DNA from: Pristiophorus japonicus
Taxonomy: Eukaryota
Direction: 5' to 3'
Length of the DNA: 64,000 bases
Assembly (NCBI RefSeq): GCF_044704955.1
Contig: NC_091995.1
Span: forward strand, 76,508,001-76,572,000
Below are positions 58,670 through 64,000 of the stretch, piece by piece. Under the pieces are notes generated by a model that was not told the DNA's origin, searched no databases, and saw nothing but the letters and a program-made list of their open reading frames with translations. Each line of letters begins with the position of its first letter. Position 1 is the stretch's first letter. Made by a program: the position numbers and the translations under genes.

Positions 58670-61565
58670 CCCAGGGTATTTATCCCAGAGCACTAAAGGA
58701 GACTAGGAAGATTAGCGCGGTATCGACCGTTATTGTGAGGGAGTTATTGGAGAGGAACCAGGAGCTGGGCATTAGGCCAACATAATGCCCATATTCAAAG
58801 AAGACGACAACTCAGATACAGATCACTACAGACCCATTAGTATTACTTCAATCCCATGTGAAATAATGGCATCGATTATCGGCTGTAATACTAAATTAGT
58901 AAACAGCAGTTAACAGCCCATATAAGAGCTGAGATGCTGGCTATCGCTGACCAGCCTCTTTGACTTTATTGAGGAAGTGACCTCTTAAGGGGACATTACA
59001 ACAAAGCATGCCTAGATTTCCGAAGGCATTTATAAGAACATAAGAATTAGGAACAGGAGTAGGCCATCTAGCCCCTCGAGCCTGCTCCGCCATTCAACAA
59101 GATCATGGCTGATCGGCTGTGGACTCAGCTCCACTTACCCGCCCACTCCCCATAACCCTTAATTCCCTTATTGGTTAAAAAATCTATCTATCTGATTTGA
59201 ATACATTCAATGAGCTAACCTCAACTGCTTCCCTGGGCAGAGAATTCCACAGATTCACAACCCTCTGGGAGAAGAAATTCTTTCTCAACCTGGTTTTAAA
59301 TTGGCTCCCCCGTATTTTGAGGCTGTGCCCTCTCGTTCTAGTCTCCCCGACCAGTGGAAACAATCTCTCTGCCTCTATCATGTCTATCCCTTTCATTATT
59401 TTAAATGTTTCTATAAGATCACCCCTCATCCTTCTGAACTCCAACGAGTAAAGACCCAGTCTGCTCCCATCTATCATCATAAGGTAACCCCCTCATCTCC
59501 GGAATCAGCCTCGTGAATTGTCTCTGTACCCCCTCCAAAGCTAGTATATCCTTCCTTAAGTAAGGTGACCAAAACTGCACGCAGTACTCCAGATGCGGCC
59601 TCACCAATACCCTATGCAGTTGTAGCAGGACCTCCCTGCTTTTGTACTCCATCCCTCGCAATGAAGGCCAACATTCCATTCGCCTTCCTGATTACCTGCT
59701 GCACCTGCAAACTAACTTTTTGGGATTCATGCACAAGGACCCCCAGGTCTCTCTGCACCTCAGCATGTTGTAATTTCTCCCCAATCAAATAATATTCCCT
59801 TTTACTGTTTTTTTTTTTTTCCCCAAGGTGGATGACCTCACATTTTCCGACATTATATTCCATCTGCTAAACCTTAGCCCATTCGCTTAACCTATCTAAA
59901 TCTCTTTGCAGCCTCTGTGTCCTCTACACAACCCGCTTTCCCACTAATCTTTGTGTCATCTGCAAATTTTGTTACACTACACTCTGTCCCCTCTTCCAGG
60001 TCATCTATATATATTGTAAACAGTTGTGTTCCAGCACCGATCCCTGTGGCACACCACTAACCACCGATTTCCAACCCGAAAAGGACCCACTTATCCCGAC
60101 TCGCTGCTTTTTGTTAGCCAGCCAATTCTCTATCCATGCTAATACATTTCCTCTGACTCCGCGTACCTTTATCTTCTGCAGTAACCTTTTGTGTGGCACC
60201 TTATCGAATGCCTTTTGGAAATCTAAATACACCACATCCATCGGTACACCTCTATCCACCATGCTCGTTATATCCTCAAAGAATTCCAATAAATTAGTTA
60301 AACATGATTTCCCTTTCATGAATCCATGTTGCGTCTGCTTGATTGCACTATTCCTATCCAGATGTCCCGCTATTTCTTCCTTAATGATAGCTTCAAGCAT
60401 TTTCCCCACTACAGATATTAAACTAACTGGCCTATAGTTACCTGCCTTTTGTCTGCCCCCTATTTTAAACAGAGGTGTTATATTAGCTGCTTTCCAATCC
60501 GCTGGTACCTCCCCAGAGTCCAGAGAATTTTGGTAGATTATAACGAATGCATCTGCTATAACTTCCGCCATCTCTTTTAATACCCTGGGATGCATTTCAT
60601 CATGACCAGGGGACTTGTCTACCTTGAGATCCATTAGCCTGTCCAGCATTACCCCCCTAGTGATAGTGATTGTCTCAAGGTCCTCCCTTCCCATATTCCC
60701 GTGACCAGCAATTTTTGGCATGGTTTGGCTTTTGTGTCTTCCACTGTGAAGACCGAAGCAAAATAATTATTTTAGGTCTCAGCCATTTCGACATTTCCCA
60801 TTATTAAATCCCCCTTCTCATCTTCTAAGGGACCAACATTTACTTTAGTCACTCTTTTCCGTTTTATATATCGGTAAAAGCTTTTACTATCTGTTTTTAT
60901 GTTTTGCGCAAGTTTACTTTCGTAATCTATCTTTCCTTTATTGCTTTCTTAGTCATTCTTTGCTGTCGTTTAAAATTTTCCCAATCCTCTAGTTTCCCAT
61001 TAACCTTGGCCACCTTATACGCATTAGTTTTTAATTTGATACTCTCCTTTATTTCTTTGGTTATCCACGGCTGGTTATCTCTTCTCTTACCACCCTTCTT
61101 TTTCACTGGAATATATTTTTGTTGAGCACTATGAAAAGCTAAAGTTAAACTCCAAGGTGTGGGATGAGACCGAGGTATGAATAAGAGACTGGCTGTGAAG
61201 GGTGAGAAAACCAGAGTTACATCTGGGTGGGGGGGGGGGGTACTGTGTAGTGAGTGAATCGGTGTTGGAACCACTAATTCCATCAGAAATCAAATGCAAA
61301 TTGGTTAAAAATGCAGATTATATCAATCTAGGAGGTGCAATGCATTTGGAGGAGGCAGTACAGAAAGTACAGAATTGGTTGGACAAAATATACAAGTGGG
61401 CAGAACAAAGGTAGCAAACTATTCTGATTGTAATGGTTCTCTGGTCAAACATGACCTTGCATACTTTGTCTAGTTCTGGTCATGGGGACATGCAGTTTTA
61501 AAGGCAGTGCAGAGAAGAGCCATAGATTATTGATCTAAGTTACAAATAAAAGCTGGAGAAACTTG
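58670..61565 (+). mobile_element. Old CR1 remnant split by a younger CR1 (pieces ~58670-59031 and ~61135-61565)
   Basis: YPRALKE, ANIMPIFK, YRPISITSIPC on the left; degenerate downstream RT on the right. Confidence 0.55.
59032..61135 (-). mobile_element. 5'-truncated CR1 LINE (same family as 46805-51000)
   Basis: ORF 60005-60721 RT motifs nearly identical to 47335-48757; (GTTCTTAT)n tail. Confidence 0.95.
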
Positions 61566-61566
61566 G

Positions 61567-62525
61567 GGCTGGACCTTCCACTATGGTTGTTATCGCCCAA
61601 AAATGGACGATATTTCCAGCCTTAGTGTTTTTTTTCAGGATCGCTGGAATGTCGCCCATTTTAAAAACCACTAGCTTCGCCTTTTTAATTTGGGCGATGG
61701 CCTTAGTGATGTGAAGTGGGCCTTAGCGATGTATTCAGTCGTGCAAGGCTGGCATCCATAGCAACAGCCGTTCTGCGCATTTGTGCTTTTTTTCAGGCAA
61801 AGAGCTTTTCCCACAGGAGTTGACAGAAAGAACAGCGACCTAGTCCCCATCAATAACATAAAAACCTTTCTTTTATTCTAGCCCCTGTTGCTTTATAAAA
61901 TGAAATCTATCAGCCAACTGAGGTGAACTCCATTTCCTTCCTTAAGGGATAACATACTCTAGTTCTGCTTCTACTTGTACTGTGGACAAGATGGGGAAAA
62001 AAATCCATGATTAAAATTAAACCCTGACATTACAGCAATGCACTTGTATGCAACTTTTCTCATTTTATTCTACCATCTCTATTCTGCAGCATGTGATTAG
62101 TGATCAATACTAGTTGAGAAATTACAACCCCCCCCCCCCCCCCCCACATCACTATAAATACCCTTAATTTGTCCTCAATAAATACAAAGTGATTAGATGA
62201 TTGGCAAGAGTTAAAAAAGCCCTTAAGATCACTCTCAAATTGATTCTCCTGACAGCCTTTTAGTACAGATCTCCCCGTAGTGCCGAGTTATTGCAGCTTT
62301 TCTTCAGCCTATTTTTGGGCAAATTGTGGGCGAAATGCTGATAATCTGGGCCATAATGGGGCGCAAGTTTCCGTTATGAGCACTATTCTCGTCCTTGAAT
62401 GAGGATGACTGCATTTTTATTTTAAGTAGGCCGGGCGATGCAGCTCGTTCAGCAGTGCCGAAAGTTGGGCCGGCAATAATCGGGTGCTCGTTTCCACTTT
62501 TCAGCAAAAATATGGGCGATAGCCT
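61567..62525. mobile_element. Degenerate Harbinger-like MITE
   Basis: Left end gggctggaccttcc; repeated inverted tcgccca/tgggcga motifs; no clear right TIR or TSD. Confidence 0.35.
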
Positions 62526-62649
62526 GCATCTCAGCTCTTACATGGGTGATGATGTGCCAAACAAGGCATCAGAGAGTTGGTCTAGAGATATTCAAGACTG
62601 TAAATAGCACAGAAATGGTAAAGTCAGAAAACTATTACATTAAATTTTA

Positions 62650-63095
62650 AGAGGATGTAACCAGAACTGAAGAATTTTAGTTGTGAGGAAAGATTGGATA
62701 GACTGGGGTTTTCTTTGGAACAGAGGATGCTGAGGGGAGCTATATAAAATTCAGTTGTATAAAATTGAGGGGCCCAGATAGAGTGGATAGAAAGGACCTA
62801 TTTCCCTCAGCAGAGAGGACAACAACCAGGGGGAGCATAGATTTAAAGTAGTTGGTAGGAGGTTTAGAGGCGAGTTGAGAATTTTTTCACCAGAGGGTGG
62901 TGGGGGTCTGGAACTCGCTGCCTGAAAGGGTGGTAGAGGTACATTTCAAAAGTACTTGGATGTGCACTTGAAGTGCCGTAATCTGCAAGACAACAGACCA
63001 AGAGCTGGAAAGTGGGATTAGGCTGGATAGCTCTTTCGGCTGACGCAGACACGATGGGCTGAATGGCGGTCTCCTGTGCCGTAAATTTCTATGAT
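62650..63095 (+). mobile_element. CR1 3' end (same family as 32545-33640)
   Basis: gaattttagttgtgaggaaagattggatagactgggg...acgatgggctgaatgg. Confidence 0.75.
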
Positions 63096-63331
63096 ACTAA
63101 GTTAAACCTGAAGCTCCAACTGCAAGATGCCATTGTAATCACCGAGAATAGAACAAGGGGACATGGGTTCAAACTAGTAACGGGTAAATTTAGTACAGAT
63201 ACCAAGGTTTTTCCTTCACCGTGATCAGACGGAATGGACTCCTGGATAGAACCAGTTGAATGCTGTTCTAGGAGAGACGGAGTGTTACAATGAGCAGTTC
63301 TTTAAAGGTTTTTTCCTTCCACAATTTTCAG

Positions 63332-63423
63332 AGGTCGCTGCCTTAGCTGACGAGTTCCAAGACCTGCTGGTTCCTGACGAGGGCTGTGAATACGATCAGC
63401 TGATTGAAATCAACCTCAGTAAG
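63332..63423 (+). CDS. ACO2: ACO2 coding exon 8 (92 nt); gene continues beyond the window
   Basis: ttttcag|(E)VAALADEFQDLLVPDEGCEYDQLIEINLSK|gtaagg. Confidence 0.95.
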
Positions 63424-63546
63424 GTAAGGAAGCCTCGACAGCTTCTGGTAGTAACTTTCAGTCAGAACCTCATAGCGTCTAGCCCACATTGTTTTAAAAC
63501 TGGATTCAGCCCTCCTCAGTTTATTTCATGAGTCATTCACTAGAGA

Positions 63547-63912
63547 AAGAAAGACTTGCATTTATATAACAACCTCAGGGTGTCCCAAAGCAATTTACAG
63601 CCAATGAAGTACTTTAGAAGTGCAGTCACTTTTGGGAAAGGCTGCAGCCAATTTGCGCAAGCTCCAGCAAACAGCAATGGGATAAATGACCAGATAAACT
63701 TTTGCTTTATGTCACCTGAGGGATAAATGTTGGCGAGTATACCGGGAAGAACTCTTCCATGGGATCTTTCAGGTCCACCAGAGAGGGCTTGAATGTCACT
63801 GACCTCTGACAGTGTAGCACTCCCTTAGTACTGCACTGGAGTGTCAGTGTAGATTGTGTCAAGTCTCGAGTGGGGCTTGAACCAAAAACCTTCTGACTTG
63901 AAGGCAAGAGTA
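63547..63912 (-). mobile_element. Deu-domain SINE
   Basis: ccatgggatcttt core, ggcttgaacc B-box-like sequence, L2-like tail. Confidence 0.75.
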
Positions 63913-64000
63913 GGAATAAAAGGGTCCTTTTCAGAATTGTAGGCAGTGACTAGTGGGGTGCCGCAAGATTCAGTGTTGGGACCCCAGCTATTTACAATGT

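Overview
Eukaryotic, repeat-dense vertebrate genomic DNA. The CR1, L2, RTE and Tx1 LINEs and Deu-domain SINEs point to a cartilaginous fish (shark). Two housekeeping genes diverge from a CpG-rich bidirectional promoter at about 27.9-28.7 kb. PHF5A is on the minus strand; coding exons 1-2 are seen and exon 3 was not found, so it probably lies left of the window. Mitochondrial aconitase ACO2 is on the plus strand; coding exons 1-8 are seen with GT-AG boundaries, and the gene continues past the window. Nearly all other ORFs in the track are retrotransposon-derived or spurious. Most notable observations: (1) a ~93-bp fragment resembling the TRADD death domain sits antisense directly after the ORF2 stop codon of a Tx1-type LINE; (2) a decayed duplicate of ACO2 exon 6 lies in intron 5, split by a CR1 insertion; (3) an RTE LINE has a twin-priming-type 5' inversion, and two RTE copies have ~50-bp target-site duplications; (4) a 59-bp fold-back inversion has a template-switch signature; (5) two internally deleted, bipartite RTE derivatives and several multi-layer nested insertions are present. 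Protein and repeat-family identifications rest on recalled sequences, not database searches, and repeat boundaries are approximate unless a TSD is given.
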